Of a stretch of DNA of 64,000 nt, positions 26,259-40,551 are shown one piece after another. Position 1 is the stretch's first letter. Every line of letters begins with the position of its first letter. Position numbers and translations under genes: made by a program. The stretch lies in contig CT868069.1 of the NCBI GenBank assembly GCA_000165425.1, positions 62,001 through 126,000 on the forward strand, in the 5' to 3' direction. The notes under the pieces are model-generated. The model was not told the DNA's origin. It ran no database searches and worked only from the letters and a program-made list of their open reading frames with translations. Origin of the DNA: Paramecium tetraurelia. Lineage: Eukaryota.

Positions 26259-27880
26259 TCACAACTTAGCTCTCTGTCTATTAAACAACCCATTCATCGT
26301 ATAATTTTTATTCTCTACTGGAAGTTTTTGCTTTTCTACAATCCATTTTAAATCAGTGAAATTTCCACTCTTCCAAGACCTCAATAAATCAGTTGGCTCC
26401 TCATCCACAGGTGGTTAGACATTTTCTTTCAAGATGAATTTCTGCAGTCCGTAATGGAATGTCATCATATAAGATCTAGTATTGTGAATGTAATTCATAC
26501 CTCCATTCCATTTCAGTCACATCCAATAAGAAGATCCCCTGCTCATCCCTTGACAAGCAATTCATTAATTGTAAGACATTCTCTTAAGAAAACACCCACT
26601 CATTCCTATTGAAATGTTTGAAAGTCTTATTGATAGTGTCAGCCTTATCAATAACCTTGAGATAACGACCAGCATTCTTCTTCTAAGATGGATTTCCAAA
26701 CGTGTCAGCAAAAGTCTTCAATGCCAAAGCTCCCATCTTCCTTTTGAAATTCATGTATCTGTAATAGCACAGATTATTATTGATCTCAATGGTACATGGG
26801 GAGACTTTGACACTAGGAGGATTGGCATTCCAATATTCAAAACAAGTATCTTTGGTCACTTTCCATGGAGCAGGATTCCTAGCACTAGTACCGCAATGGT
26901 AAATTTAGAAATTATTCTTATTTGCCTCATATGCTCCTGCAACCAGTATCATATCAGATACAAAATCAACTGGGACTTGATCTGTAATCAAATTCTCCTT
27001 TCCTTTATAGATTTTGACTAATCCGATTCCTGCGAAAAAGATCACAGCTGCACCTCCAACCAAGTTATCAATCTTTTTATAAGAATCGATATTACCCAAC
27101 CAGGGATTGGATCTCTGAATGAACATCCTACTATTGTTGGTCTCACTATTGTGATTTGCATGTTGGGAGGTCTCAATTAAGCCAACATCTATTCAGCCAA
27201 GTTCTTTGTGAATGTGTATGTATTTGGAAATTTGTCTAATGCCAATTTTTATTGTTTCTCATCGAAATTTTAAGAAGATCTATATAATATCGAAACAAAG
27301 GACTCCACATCTTTTTGGGGATGATAGATCTTTTCCTCAATGAATCTTGGTAATTCAACAATAAATTATACCCAAATTTATCACTGTTTACATAGGCAGT
27401 CGATACATGGATGAAATTCTCTAAATGCTTACATTGCTTAGCTAACTCCAACACCTTTTGAACTCCATAATAATTGATTTCCAAGGCAACCTTGATTGGG
27501 GAGTTGAAGTCAACACTGGCAGCACTATTTATGATAATATTGACATTTTCTATGAGCTCTTGTGTAACTTCCTTACTGAGTCCCAAATGAGGCTTGATGA
27601 GATCGCCATCCACTGGTTTCACGACCTACTCAATAAAATTCTGAAAATCCGCTCCTTTTTGTTTACGAATCCTGTCAAAACATTGAGAATTGATAATCTC
27701 CTTATTGAATCTCTCTGTCACTGATTGCCCTTTCTTTGCCCTCACTAAAACGTAAACTCTCTTAACTTCCAAAACTCTTAAAATCTTCTCCAATATGACC
27801 TTGGCCACAAAGCCTGTGCAGCCAGATACTAATAAGGATTTTCCCTTGTAGAAGTTAAGACAACTTATGTTTGTAGTCAT
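26259..27880 (-). CDS. Fatty acyl-CoA reductase (male-sterility family) ending in PTS1 -AKL
   Basis: LLVSGCTGFVAKVILEKILR; NSAASVDF; HVSTAYVN; FPNTYTFTKNLAE; IVRPTIVG; VPVDFV; C-terminus ..NRQRAKL*. Confidence 0.93.
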
Positions 27881-27914
27881 AATTAAATTATATTAATTTT
27901 TATATCTTAATATT

Positions 27915-28144
27915 TCAGAGCTGTCTGTTAAAGGCCTCTTGATTTTCATTGAAAGCAAATCCAGCAAAGAGACCTGCACTCAAATTACGTATAAATGCTT
28001 TTCTCTTGAAAAATACAGAAGCACCAACTCCTACAAAGTATCCTAATTTGCCATTACACATATACGCATACCAACTGTAGTGTAGGTAACAAAATCAAAA
28101 GCTGTCTTGTTCAATTAAGTGTCTAATTTAAGTTGTCTATCCAT
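27915..28144 (-). CDS. MIC10: MICOS subunit Mic10-like small protein
   Basis: MDRQLKLDTQLNKTAFDFVTYTTVGYFVGVGASVFFKRKAFIRNLSAGLFAGFAFNENQEAFNRQL*: two Gly-rich TM segments joined by basic loop FFKRK; one intron. Confidence 0.75.
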
Positions 28145-28895
28145 TTTTATAATAAATTTAATTAAAAAATAATATAATTGTATTAACAACTAATTAATAT
28201 AGAATTGGATGAAGTAAAATTATAAATCTTACAAACAATCATCTCCCAACTATATTCCCACTCCCTTGGTTCAATCTCCTTTGTCTACATTAGTTATCTC
28301 TAAAGGCAATAAGGTAGTGCATCCCCTTAAAGTATGTGCATTCAAATCTATATACAATCTTGGTAGTTCATAAGTTTGAATGCAAGATAGGCAAGTATTA
28401 TGAGAGAAATCCAATGAATTGCATCTATTCCACCTAACCCCCCTCTATATTTGAACAGTATCTTTATATAAATCTTAACTTCCTCCAACATCTAAATGTA
28501 CGTACATCAATATCTAACAACCCAATTAATCTTCAGTATTTATTTAACTTAATTTCTGATACAATAGGATCATTAGAAACGTTCAAGATTGCCTATTATT
28601 TCAGGATTTGTATTAGTTAATTCGTGAATGCGCATGTAGAATTGCAACAGTAATGAGGATGAATAAGATTTGAATTTTCAGAATAAAATTATTAATTGTA
28701 CAAAAACAAGAATTTTTCGACAGGAATAATAGGTAAGCGCAGCAAGATTCGAATATTGTCTTTGCATTATTATTTAATGATAAAAATTAATATGTAATAA
28801 TGACTTACTTATTATTTAAAATAATATGGTATATTGAGGATTCTTAAGTGACAAATGTTTTTCATTGAATATCTTTTAAATTAATTTCTTGAAAG

Positions 28896-30122
28896 ATGAC
28901 AGAAACCATTGAAAATTTAAGAGATTTTAACTATTATCCATTCTCCTCGAACATTAATAGTAAGTACGTATTGGCAGAATATATATGGATTGATGGAACA
29001 GGAGAAAAATTGAGATCCAAAACCAAAGTAAGTTCGTATATCTCAAATTAAGGTCTATTTGAATCCTATAAAAAACCTTGATGATCTGGAATGGTGGACA
29101 TATGATGGATCATCGACAGATTAAGCTGTTACTAAATTTTCAGAGATATATCTAAAACCAGTTTGCATGGTCAAAGATCCTTTTAGAGGGGATCCTCATC
29201 TATTGGTCCTTTGTGAAACGTATTTGCCTGATAAAAAAACACCCGCAAGGTATAATTTTAGGTATTCAAATTTACACTATTTAAGATGGCTATCGAATTT
29301 AATTATGGAGAAGGCAAAAGAACACAAGCCTTGGTTTGGCATTGAGTAGGAGTATTTCCTTTTCAAACGTACAGGCACAACACACTTGTGGCCATTGGGT
29401 TGGCCAAATGGAGGATTCCCATATCCTCAGGGGAGATACTATTGTTCGATTGGGGAGAGAAACAATTTTGGGAGAGCCCTTGCTGAGGCTCACTTGAGAG
29501 CGTGTTTGAATGCTGGACTGAAGATAGCAGGGTTGAATGCAGAAGTGGCTCCTTCTTAATGGGAATTTCAGATAGGAATTGCAGAGGGAATAGAGATTGG
29601 AGATCACATGTGGTTGGCAAGATATATATTGGAAAGGATCGGAGAGGAATTTGGCATAGATATCAATTACGATCCGAAGCCAATTTAGGGTGATTGGAAT
29701 GGTAGTGGAGCACATTGCAATTATTCGACTGAAACTACTCGAAGTGAAGGGGGTTACAAATATATCGTTGAGAAATTAATGCCAATCCTTGAGAAATAAC
29801 ACAAAGATATGATCCGATTGTATGGAATCAACAACCAATTGAGATTGACAGGGAAACATGAGACAGGGAGATATGATTCCTTTTCTTGGGGCGATGGTGC
29901 TAGAGGGTGTTCGATTAGAGTGCCTATAATAACGAAAGAATTAGGATAAGGGTACGGAATCATATTATTAATTGCAGATATTTTGAGGACAGGAGACCAG
30001 CAGCCAATATAGATCCATATTTAGTGTCTGCAGCGTTGGTTGACGTTACATGTTTAAATAGTGAGCATTTGCCATAATTGTTGTAGGTGTTTGAAACATC
30101 TTAAAAGGCTCTTCAAGCATGA
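28896..30122 (+). CDS. GLN1: Glutamine synthetase type II
   Basis: [42 protein letters not shown]-like [56 protein letters not shown]; three short introns. Confidence 0.97.
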
Positions 30123-30198
30123 CATCAATGTATATTTAAAAACTCATCATTAGAAGAATTCTAAATTCTAAATTCTAGATTATATTAATTATTATATT

Positions 30199-31214
30199 AT
30201 GTCAATAACTGTTTCAAATTGCCAATAAATATGTGGTTCTCCATTGAATAATAGTACTGCAAAGAACTTGTGGACATTCTCTAAATCCGATAGATTTGGA
30301 AACTTGGCTAATCCAGTTAAGTATACATGATTGATCTAATCATTATAGTTGCGGTAAAGCATTTTACGATTTGCCTAGTCAGATAGAGAAGAGAGCTGCA
30401 GGAATTGGAAAAGGAACGAAGTAATTTCTAACCATTTAAATTAAGAACTGATTTTACAAAAGTGCCATTCGCAACTCCTTCCCCATAATAATACAACTTA
30501 TCTAGTGATGTCGAATCAAATCTAAAGAAATAGAAGGGCAACAAATTCGGAATGAGCAGAGAAAAAATGGCTAGTACAGGAATCCTTGGGAACTTAAATT
30601 TAAAAACTCCAGGTAAATTGAGTCATCAATCTATCCATCACAGCTCCTGGAACCTATGATTTGGGATCTACCTTGAGTGATATTCGATACTCAATGAGAC
30701 AGAGACCAAAAACCAACTTCATGGTCTTGACAAGCAAAGAAATCCCAGGACCTGGAACCTACGAAGCTCTACCTGCAGTTAATGCTGTGGGAAAATACCC
30801 AATTTCGAAATACAATAATTCATGCGCTACTTTATTCAATCCCAAGAATTCTAAACGCTTCGTCAAAGACTTTTGTAATCGTCTAATACCATATTTAAGC
30901 GACTAATCTATATGCTCCTGGACCAGGCACTTATCCAGTCGATAAGACAGGAATCCAAAAAGTATGTTGACTATACTAATGATAGGATGGCAATTACTTC
31001 ATTTCTAAATTCCACTCTTCCAATGTTCGAAGTTTTCCCAAGGAATCCAGAAGAACTGGTTCTGTTGGCAAAGGTATACCAATCAATTTATGAACAAGCT
31101 GGCACTCCAGCTCCGGGTAGCTATAGATTGCCTTCCGAATTCGGGTACTACGAATCCAGACACAAAGCCAATAGGAGTGCTGGAGACATTGGAGAAAATA
31201 AAGTCTAATAATGA
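30199..31214 (+). CDS. ODF3/STPG-like PGP-repeat (SHIPPO) ciliary microtubule-binding protein
   Basis: Repeats PSPQQY, PAPGTY, PGPGTY (x2), PAPGSY; N-terminal WTFSKSDRF; C-terminal LPSEFGYY; many short introns. Confidence 0.85.
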
Positions 31215-31288
31215 TTATCAAATACCAATTAATGTATACATACGCACAACAATATATAGATTTTGTTATTAATAATATATATAATACA

Positions 31289-31790
31289 ATGGCAACAACT
31301 ATTGAATTGCTCAAGTGGTCCAATCTCATCTCCTCAATCATGTTGATACTGATTGGAGTCACTCAAATCATATCCCTGTCTATCCTTTTTAAGAGTTTTA
31401 GTTTTACATTCTTCATGTCATTTTTCTTACCATTTTTCTTAATGTAAGTCAGCATTTCATTAAATTTAGATTATTTGGAATCATGTTGTTTGCGAGTGGC
31501 TAGAAGATGGAATTTATGGACAACAATTTCAGATTTCTGAGTTCCCTCTTAGGAAGAGGCCTATTTAATATTTAGTATCGAATAATCCTATAAATTTAAG
31601 TCTTGCTTCCTTGGCTGTTTATCAGTTGGCAAATGCAGCAAGTGACATCATCGGATTCATAATCGGAGCAATGCTATTTTGCACAGGCTTTTTTTATTTG
31701 ATTTTGCATTTTTGTGGAGTAATTAATACATAATATATATTTCATTAGAATAAGGAGGAATTAACATCATACAAGCAATAATTAAGTTGA
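31289..31790 (+). CDS. COPI-associated / TVP15-like small multi-pass membrane protein
   Basis: Four hydrophobic segments with NFRFLSSLLGRGLFNIY signature; three introns. Confidence 0.8.
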
Positions 31791-31858
31791 TTCAAATTCA
31801 TATTGGTCTTTATTTATCAGTATAATTAATTTATCAATAAAACATCTCTAACGAATAC

Positions 31859-33921
31859 ATGGATTAACTCTCTTAATACTATACCACTCAACACTTCCTA
31901 GAACCAAACAAAGACACCAATAAGTCCCAAAGAACCAGATCAAACACAAATGAGAAATTGGTTACTCCAAACTTGCTTTATGTCACTAGGAATTAACAAT
32001 AACCTCAACCTTCAATTAGATTGGAATGTCAATAACAAATCCAAAAACCCTCTCAATCCTCATGTAATCTCAAAGAATTAGCAAAGGCGAAAGTCCTTGA
32101 ATCCGACGAATTAGTGTTCTATAGAAATAAGTCCTCTTATTAGGAAAAGTAAATTTTAGATCTTTAGGCTGAATTGCATCATATAAAGTCAACAGTTTAG
32201 GAAAGAGTGACCTACATTGAGGATACTCATAGAATATAATAATTGGAAACAAATTTACAATAATACCAATAAGAATGCAATAGAATGAACAATCTATTGA
32301 GAGAGACTCAAAATGAATCAGAATCATTGAAGTAGAAGAATCTGTAGTTGTCGCAATCCATTTTTTAGTTTCAACAATTGCAATTCGAATTTGATAGATT
32401 AAAAAGGAATTCTCAAGAAACTGATTAGTATTGGCAAAATGAAATACAAAGACTCAACGTGTTGTTGTCTTAAAGTCAGACCTAGTTACACTAATTGCAA
32501 AAGACATTGATAGAAACAAAGTAATACGAACAGATGTATCATCAATAATAACCGATCTAAACCTAATTGGCTTTGGAATTGGAGAGAATGACTTCAATGT
32601 TAAGGGCTAAGACTGATGAATATGATCAATAGAAATAGACCTATATAAAGGAGATAGAAATCTCATCCAGGAGAATCAAGGATTCAGAATTAGAACTCAA
32701 GGATTTAAAAATTCGAGAGACCAATCAAAAATAATCAATTGATGAATTGAGCAGGGAAAACAATTAAATTACTGAAAAGTTTATGAATGAAATTAGAAAC
32801 AAAAACGATGAAATCTAAAAGCTATAATAAATTATTTAGACTTTATAATTGACTTTACAGGATACTTCAAAATATATGGAGTATGAAATTAGATCAAAGA
32901 AGTAAAATGAAGAAATCAATAATCTCAATCAAAGAATTAGAATCAAATAAGAGGAAACAGACAACTATAAATAATAAATGTTGATTTTATAAAATTAAAT
33001 TTAGGAATGCCAAAAATATGCAGAATATGAAATTAAATATTAAAATCTCGCATAGGAATATGACAGATTAAATAATTCTTTAATGATGAAATTATAAGAG
33101 AATGACTAATTGAGGAATTGCATTTCAAAATTGCAAATCACCTTGAATGATCATTACAAAATAGAAGAATATGATAATAAAATAGCCTTGTAGAATTAAG
33201 AAATAGACCATCTTCATTAAAGTTTACAATCTAAGTGTTAAGAGATCGAGAAATTAAATTATGAAAACAATAGGATGTCATCCTTATTAAGAACAAGAAA
33301 TGACGAAATCGATAATCTGAAATATAAAATGTAAGATAATTCATAGTTGAAAGAATATCAATAGAAGTTCCAGATGCTAAATGGAGAAATGGAGAGATTG
33401 GCAATTCAATTGAGGAGTAAGAATGAGGAAATGGAAAAACTAAGATAATATTTAGCATAATTTTAGTTGTAAGAGGCTAATAAGTTATAAGAATTAGAAC
33501 AAAAGAATGTCGCTTATTAAACTGAGATAGAGAGATTGAGCAGTTTGCTGAAGGTGAAATTATCAGAGAATGAGTAGAATAAATTATAAATCAGATGTTT
33601 ATAAGAAGAAAACGATCAATAAAAATGTAAAATATTGACTCAAAATGAAATACAGTAATATAATGATAAGGTGACTATTTTGACTCAGGAAGTTGAGTCT
33701 TGGAAGAATCAATTTATCAATCTCAATAGAGAATATCATAAATAATAAGAGTAGTTAATGCTGTCTAATGCAGAATTGGATACATTGAAAAAACAGAGGA
33801 GCAATTCAATTAGAGTATATTTGATATTTATTACTTTTAGTTGGATACGTATGAGACAACTAAGGAAAACTCAGCTCTTTCTGCCTTCTAATATGGGACT
33901 CTCACAATAAGAAATCTATGA
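31859..33921 (+). CDS. Long coiled-coil protein
   Basis: TGA-free Q/E/K/L heptad-rich frame, intron near 33816-33840, TGA 33919-33921. Confidence 0.8.
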
Positions 33922-33955
33922 TACTAATAATTTAATAATATAATATTATTTTGTT

Positions 33956-34822
33956 ATGAGTAATTACGAAAGTCCCTCTGCAGTATCTATCATCTTATAA
34001 TTTGTCTAGAACTCCAAATACAGTAGACACAAAGGCTATTTAAAGTGGGAACTTGCTAATAAGGATGTTAATGGTGCATTTGATGTTCAACAACTACAAT
34101 TAGAAAAGGGACTAATCAATCGAGATAGATAAGCGAATTCCTTAATGATACCTTCGATGAAATCACCCTAATCTTCACAAATTAGTCCTGAACCTTCAAC
34201 AACAAGGGAGCATACTTGTTGTGATAAATTAGATGAATTAAGCAAGTAATACGTAATAGAAATCAATCTATCCGTAGTAACTAATCATCAATGAGCAAAT
34301 GAATAAATTAACTGAGTTAAATTTATTGATTTAACAACATTCTAAACTCTTGATTGACTCTTATAATCAAGGATTGGAAGATGCTAAAACACAATAATAA
34401 AAGGAATAATAGATTCTAGAAAATAATCGTTTATTGAGAGAAAGGGATAGACAGATTCAAGAGTGGGAAGAGAGGTACAATAAGGAGAAAAAGATTGGAG
34501 ATGAAAAGGAAGAAGAGATTCGGTAGATATGAATTTTAGTTTAATAGTGAACTGGAAAAACAGGTAAAAGAATTGGCAACACAAGTCGTCGTAACTACAA
34601 GTGCCACAGATTTGGAAAGTGAGAAAAACCAATGGAAAAATAAATTCATCACATTAAATAAACAGTTTAATGAAGCCGAATAGTAAGTGGTTGTACTTGA
34701 AAATGAGATCGATATGTTGAAATAATAGTAGAAGAAGACTGAAGTTAGAGTAAAATATATATCTCAAAGACTAGACAACCACTAGAAGAAAAACAGTTAC
34801 AAAGGATATCCCTTTGCCCTGA
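33956..34822 (+). CDS. Hypothetical protein with C-terminal coiled coil
   Basis: ATG 33956, introns near 34252 and 34750, ends ..VTKDIPLP*. Confidence 0.7.
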
Positions 34823-35280
34823 TAATTTCATATTGGTCTATTATTTTATAATATCTTTATTTTATTTTCATAAATAATAAATACTACAGAACTTTATCTC
34901 ATATAGCTTCCCCCTAATTATTAAGTGAAAACAAGAGTAATTTATATAAGAATTTGAAGAATATTTATACTTTTTTCTATAATTCTTGTGATTTGCAATT
35001 CTTGATGTTTTTTGGAGAATAATTCTAATTATTTTTAATGGAAATAGCTAAATAAGTTATTTAAGATAAAGGTTATTTGGATCTGAATAATCTAGGCTTA
35101 ATAGAAATACTTAAGCATTATTGAAATAATTAATTTTTTAACAAGATTGCCCTTTAGCATATATTAAAACTAATCAAATTGTACAATGATTTAAAAAATA
35201 TGTTTTCTATCACTTGATAATGCTTGATTTATAAGCTTTAATACTATCATAAAATACTTGAAATAATAATTTTATTTTAC

Positions 35281-38102
35281 ATGGAAGAGTGCGAGTGCAA
35301 AAAGGAAGAAAATGAGAATCCTCAGTTCATTGGGTTCTGCGAAAATGATGAATGTGGAGATTTCTATTGTGAAAACTGTAAAGGTGATCATGCAGGCCAT
35401 CGTGAAGATACTCTTGAAGGATAGGAGTTGGAAGAATTTCTTGAATAAATGAATTCCCCTGAATATTAAAAGGAAGTAGAGCAATAGGCATTGGCAGAAG
35501 AATTCTCTGAGTATTATGAGAGGATTTTAAAGGAAAATGAAGAAGAAACAAAAATGTTTTATCAAATTGTATAATACCTCAAAGACGGCAACGCTGATGA
35601 GTTGGTCAAACTCCTAGATAAAATAAAATAAACCAAAGTAGAGTTCGATAACAACAAGCCAAGTAATTAAATTTATATAGATTTAGTGTAAATATCAAAA
35701 AAAATGGATGAGTACAGAAAAAGAATAAAAGACCTTGATGACTAGTTTCCTACTGGGAATCTTGAAGATAGAAAGAAAAAAATAGAGCTTATGAATAAAG
35801 GTATGATTCTTTTATATAAAATCATTAAGGAAGATAATTATTTCGTTCAGGCGAATATTATGAGGCACTTTAAAACTTATAAGAAGCAATTAAAATAGAT
35901 AATAATTACGTTGATGCAATCCTCATTAAAGGTTCTCCTATTTTATAAATTCTAGCTCAAACATAAATTCAATTGGAAAATTATAATGATGCTGTTGCTT
36001 GTTGTGATTATGTGATTCAAATAGACAGACTCAATGGCGAAGCATATTATATTAAGAGTATTAATTTTACTATTTCATCTAGTAATTGCCTTAATTTTAG
36101 GTTAAAGATATGATGTCCTAAATGAAGCACTCAGACAAGCATATCGTAAAATTTCATATAAATTTACCTTCAATACTCTTCATTTAATTAACCAATTGGA
36201 AAGAAGTTCTCCAACTGTTAAGAAACACTTGTCAGAATTAAACTATGATTTAAAGCGCAGCCTTTTTTCCCTTATTAATCATGAAGAAATCACAAGTAAA
36301 ATATTTCATTTAAGAAAGCTTAAATTTGTTAATAATACTTTACATAATTAGTAGTAATCATCAAGCTTGCTGACCAAGAAGAGATAAACCATGCCCTAAT
36401 GCAATATAATTTAAGTGATATAAACATTCTAATTCAGATTTCGAAGTTATTGAAGAATACTAAAAATAATACGATGTGGATATAAGACCAAAGTTGGATG
36501 AAAAGGCATGGTACTAAATGGTAGAATGGCTTGAAAATTATTAAAAATAAAAAATGGAGAATTAACTAGATCAATAGTTTATATATTAATTAAATATTAG
36601 ATCTTAAGGATAAATATCGACTGATAACCCATCCGCATCTCAAATATCAAATACTGGTACTGCAGGAAATGAAAATCCAGGTGAACCTCCAACAGGAATT
36701 GTCTCCGAAATTAGTTAGTTTTATTAAGATTCATAATTAGGATAAACTGCTCAATTTTAATAACAAAAGTATCGATAATTTTTAATTAATTAAGAGATGT
36801 GAGCAATGTTTAAGCAGAAAGCTAAATTCCAGAATAAAATCCCACATTACCTGCAGTTAATACCCAAAACCAATAACAAAATTAGTATAAATCTATTTTA
36901 TTACCAAGAAATGAAATCTAGACTCCTGGAGGTTAATCTTCAAGCTAATTTTAATCAGAATTTAGTAAATTTATCGAAAATTAACAAATAAACTAAGCTG
37001 CTGCTAACGAACAATAATAACAAGAGTATAAATAGCATTTTATTTGTAAAGACCTGTTGTGAGGCCTTTAGACGAATAAATTACCTAATAGCCTTCAAAT
37101 TAATTTGTTAACTAATTAAACAATTTTTTATAAGATTCAGCAACGAACTAAACAAACCCAAGCCAAGAGCAACCAAAGTATATATAACATATAGTTATTT
37201 AGAGCTGAAGGCTAAATTCCTGAAAACGAAAATGTTAACTAAACTCCAAACCAATTTAATTCACAATTAGAAAATTTTTTAAATGGTTCACAACCAAACT
37301 AAGAGACTCCGAACGAACAATAATAAATACAGTATAACTAAAATTATATCTAAGAAACCCTGTAAAAGAGATGGCTAAACTAATTCCTACTCAAAAAACC
37401 GAATAGTAATTGGCAGATTTCTATAAGGATGAACCTAAGGATAAGAACGATTAATCCAAAGAAAAGTAGAATTCTATTTAATTATTCAGAGATTAATAAG
37501 CCGCAGGAGTAACGCCCTCAATACAGCAAGAACTCTAAAACTTTTTGAATGGACAAGAATACAAAGCAACTGAATAATAACCAACAGATTAATAGCAATA
37601 AGATAAAGAAGAGAGTAAGATACTTGTTTAAATTACTTAAGTTACTTTTGATGAAACCAAACGTTTGGAGTAAGTCTTGAAATTTTGTAATGAAACTATA
37701 AAGAAAGGCAAACCTGATCACTAAATTTATTTTAAGAAAGGTAATTAACATCTCAAAATATTAGCAATGATTTTAAAGAAACTAAATGATTTTGAAAATT
37801 CCATGGAAAATTTGGACTACGCCATATAAATGAAAGAAACTGAAGCTAATTATTATTATCAAAAAGGTCTGTTTAGAAATATTTTTAGCATTATTGTTGA
37901 TTAAGTTGGATGCTTTAGACTTAGCCATAGTTAATTTTGATGAAGCCATCTCAAGAAATCCTAATGAACCAAATTATTATTTAGAAAAAGGTGAAAATAT
38001 ACAAATGATTTTTTAGGAAATGAATTAAAAAGATAGAATATATTAAACGAAGCTGAAATTTGCTTTGAATTAGCAAGGTAGAAGAGTGAAGCAATAAAAT
38101 GA
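35281..38102 (+). CDS. TPR protein with N-terminal Cys/His (B-box-like) cluster and Q/N-rich internal repeats
   Basis: MEECEC..FC..DECGDFYCENCKGDHAGH; TPRs (GEYYEALQNLQEAIKID..; NYNDAVACCDYVIQID..; AIVNFDEAISRNPNEPNYYLEKG); more than 10 short introns; assumed to be one gene. Confidence 0.7.
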
Positions 38103-38336
38103 GAAATTAATTATAAAATATTAAAAGAATTTATTCTTTTTTGAAAATATTAACATTAACATTCTACACAACTTAATTGCTATTGAAAAAAATATAATAA
38201 TTCTAAAAAGTTGTTAAATTTTGGTATCATGATTATGCATTTTTTAAAATGATTATTCAGGAATAGAAATTGATTCTAAAGTATATAGTTACCAGCTTAG
38301 AAACTCCAATAGGTTCAATAATATATATCAATAATA

Positions 38337-40535
38337 TCATTTAATTTCAAATTTATTTCCTACTATTAAAAAACAAACGACAATTGCGAAACAATAGTCA
38401 TAAATTAAGGATTTCAATCCGTCATTTCCTATGATGTGTTGTATTTATTAAAAAAAACTGTATGTGTTTGGGATTCTAAATAGGATAAACTGTTATTGTA
38501 TACTTTAATTGCTTTATGTAAAAGGCAATTGTAATAATGCAGAAAGCAAACTCGACAAGTATTTCAAGTCCAATTTCTAATTGAAATACTTGATGTTCAT
38601 CGTCATTTACATCAAAAGTAGACCATTTTTAAGATTACTACTTCTCGTTATATAAGATTGAACTCAACACAACAAATAAAAGGGCAATTACAATTTCAAA
38701 TACTTCTTGTAATACAAATCCAAATATTTATTTTGTAACCAAGGCTTTTTTGATGTTTTCAATGTTGTCGACATGAATCCAATTGGCAGCCGTTTTAGTG
38801 AAGGAAGGCGTTTCTTATTCTTAGGCTTCATAAAGAGATTGCCTCTTGTCTTTCACTTAAGCTGCAGATTGAATCAGAGTGCCAGTCTTCTTGGTTTATA
38901 ATTTATTCTTTTATTGTGAATTATCAACAACACTGCCTCTGATGTAATTCATGTACATCTATTTCCTTTATTCCAAATTAAAATAATATCCAAATACAAT
39001 AATCCAATAATAAAGAATTTTGCAAACGAATTTGATTATTAGAAATTATATAAAATATCCGACTCCCAATCTTTAGACAGACATAGTCCCTATCCTATAT
39101 CCAGTTACTCCTAATATGACAATTTTTGATTCGTAATTATAATCGACGAATTACTTCATTGTAAAAAAGCATAAGGTGAATTTTTTCCATACGTAAAGAG
39201 AGAAAGGATAGAGGAAGAATAACAAAGGCAAATAGTCATTTTTAACTTCCTAATATGCCATGGCAAAGTAAAGAAACATTGGGAATCCTATGCAGTATAA
39301 AAAAAAGAAGGAAACATAATTGACCAGGATATCAAAGGGGGCAATTCCTGGATTGCTCATTCTCTAAACCTTCATTTGATCGTCTTTTTTTTCTTTTAAT
39401 TGTTTAGTCAATTTATTAACGAAATCGTTGGCATCATGGGTCAGTTTATCATTTCTGGAACTTGCAACTCTAAGTAGTTCTCTTTGTCTTTCTTCGACCT
39501 CATTCACAAACTTTTAGTAATTTTACGAAGCAATGGTGCTTTAATAGATATTGCCTTCAGATCCATGCTGGAATACTCCAAGTATCTGGTTGCAAAATTA
39601 AAATGAAAGTGGCACTTGAATATTTTCTTACATTCTTTGAATTCTGTCTACTCTCTCTTTGATAACCACCAACTATTTATTACTAACTGGGATGATGGCC
39701 TTATGTTATAATCAATAGTTACATAGAAGATAAAAATTATAAATATCATATTGCAGAAGGTGAGTATAGTTAAAAACACAAATATTGATATGATTGAATC
39801 ACTAATATTGTCATTCCAAACTGAATAACCATAATAAATTGTTAAGCATAAGTTTACAATTAATAATACTATCCTAATACCCCACATAATTTTAATAAAT
39901 TTTTGTTCATTCCAGAAATCTAATTCTGTTTTAGAGAGTATGTAATTGCATAAACCATTTTTATGAGTATATAATTGTTGAATTAATGACAGTGTAAACA
40001 ATCCAATCAAAAGCCAGCAATTTACAAATGTAAATGTTCCAGAATCAAATTCACTGCTAATATAAGCTAGAAGTATTCCAAATGGAAATGATAATCCCAT
40101 TATAATCAAAAACATTGGACCAAATTCTAATTTATATCCAGGCAATTAAGGTAGATTCAATTATTGTAAACTAACATTCCCATTTCTATGATATTTCTCA
40201 TAAGGTATTCTTTCAACTGGTGATTTTTATATTGTTTATTCCGATCTCACACCCGTAAATTGAATTTTCTTTGAAGATTATTAAAAAGGAGTGACAGCAG
40301 GGTTAATAGGCTCATCCAATTTAGACTCCAATAAAGGTTTATTGTTCCTTAATAAAGGAGAGGCCGAAGGAGTCATTTTTTGAATTGGAGCATCTGGACC
40401 ACTATCCAATCTTTATTAATTAGATGCCGGACCTTGAGTTCAATAGGAAAATATACTTTTTATTTAATCTGCTTGGCCACTACTGTTATTTTGGAGTTTC
40501 TTCTATTCCTCATCAACTTAAAGTTATTTAATCAT
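38337..40535 (-). CDS. Polytopic membrane protein of unknown function (~10 TM segments in two bundles)
   Basis: Continuous ciliate-code frame with introns 40433-40456 and ~38476-38503; hydrophilic N-terminus then many hydrophobic stretches. Confidence 0.8.
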
Positions 40536-40551
40536 ATAATAATAATAAAAT

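Noticed and set aside
28180..28770. Coding-like minus-strand stretch (MLEEVKIYIKILFKYRGGLGG..) between Mic10 and glutamine synthetase
   Set aside because: Could not build a consistent start, splice and stop model by eye
26259..30122. Possible metabolic gene cluster (FAR, Mic10, glutamine synthetase)
   Set aside because: Unrelated pathways and compartments; adjacency is expected in a gene-dense genome
40433..40456. In-frame TGA suggesting selenocysteine or readthrough
   Set aside because: Lies inside a canonical 24-nt GT..AG intron; no SECIS or redox motif seen
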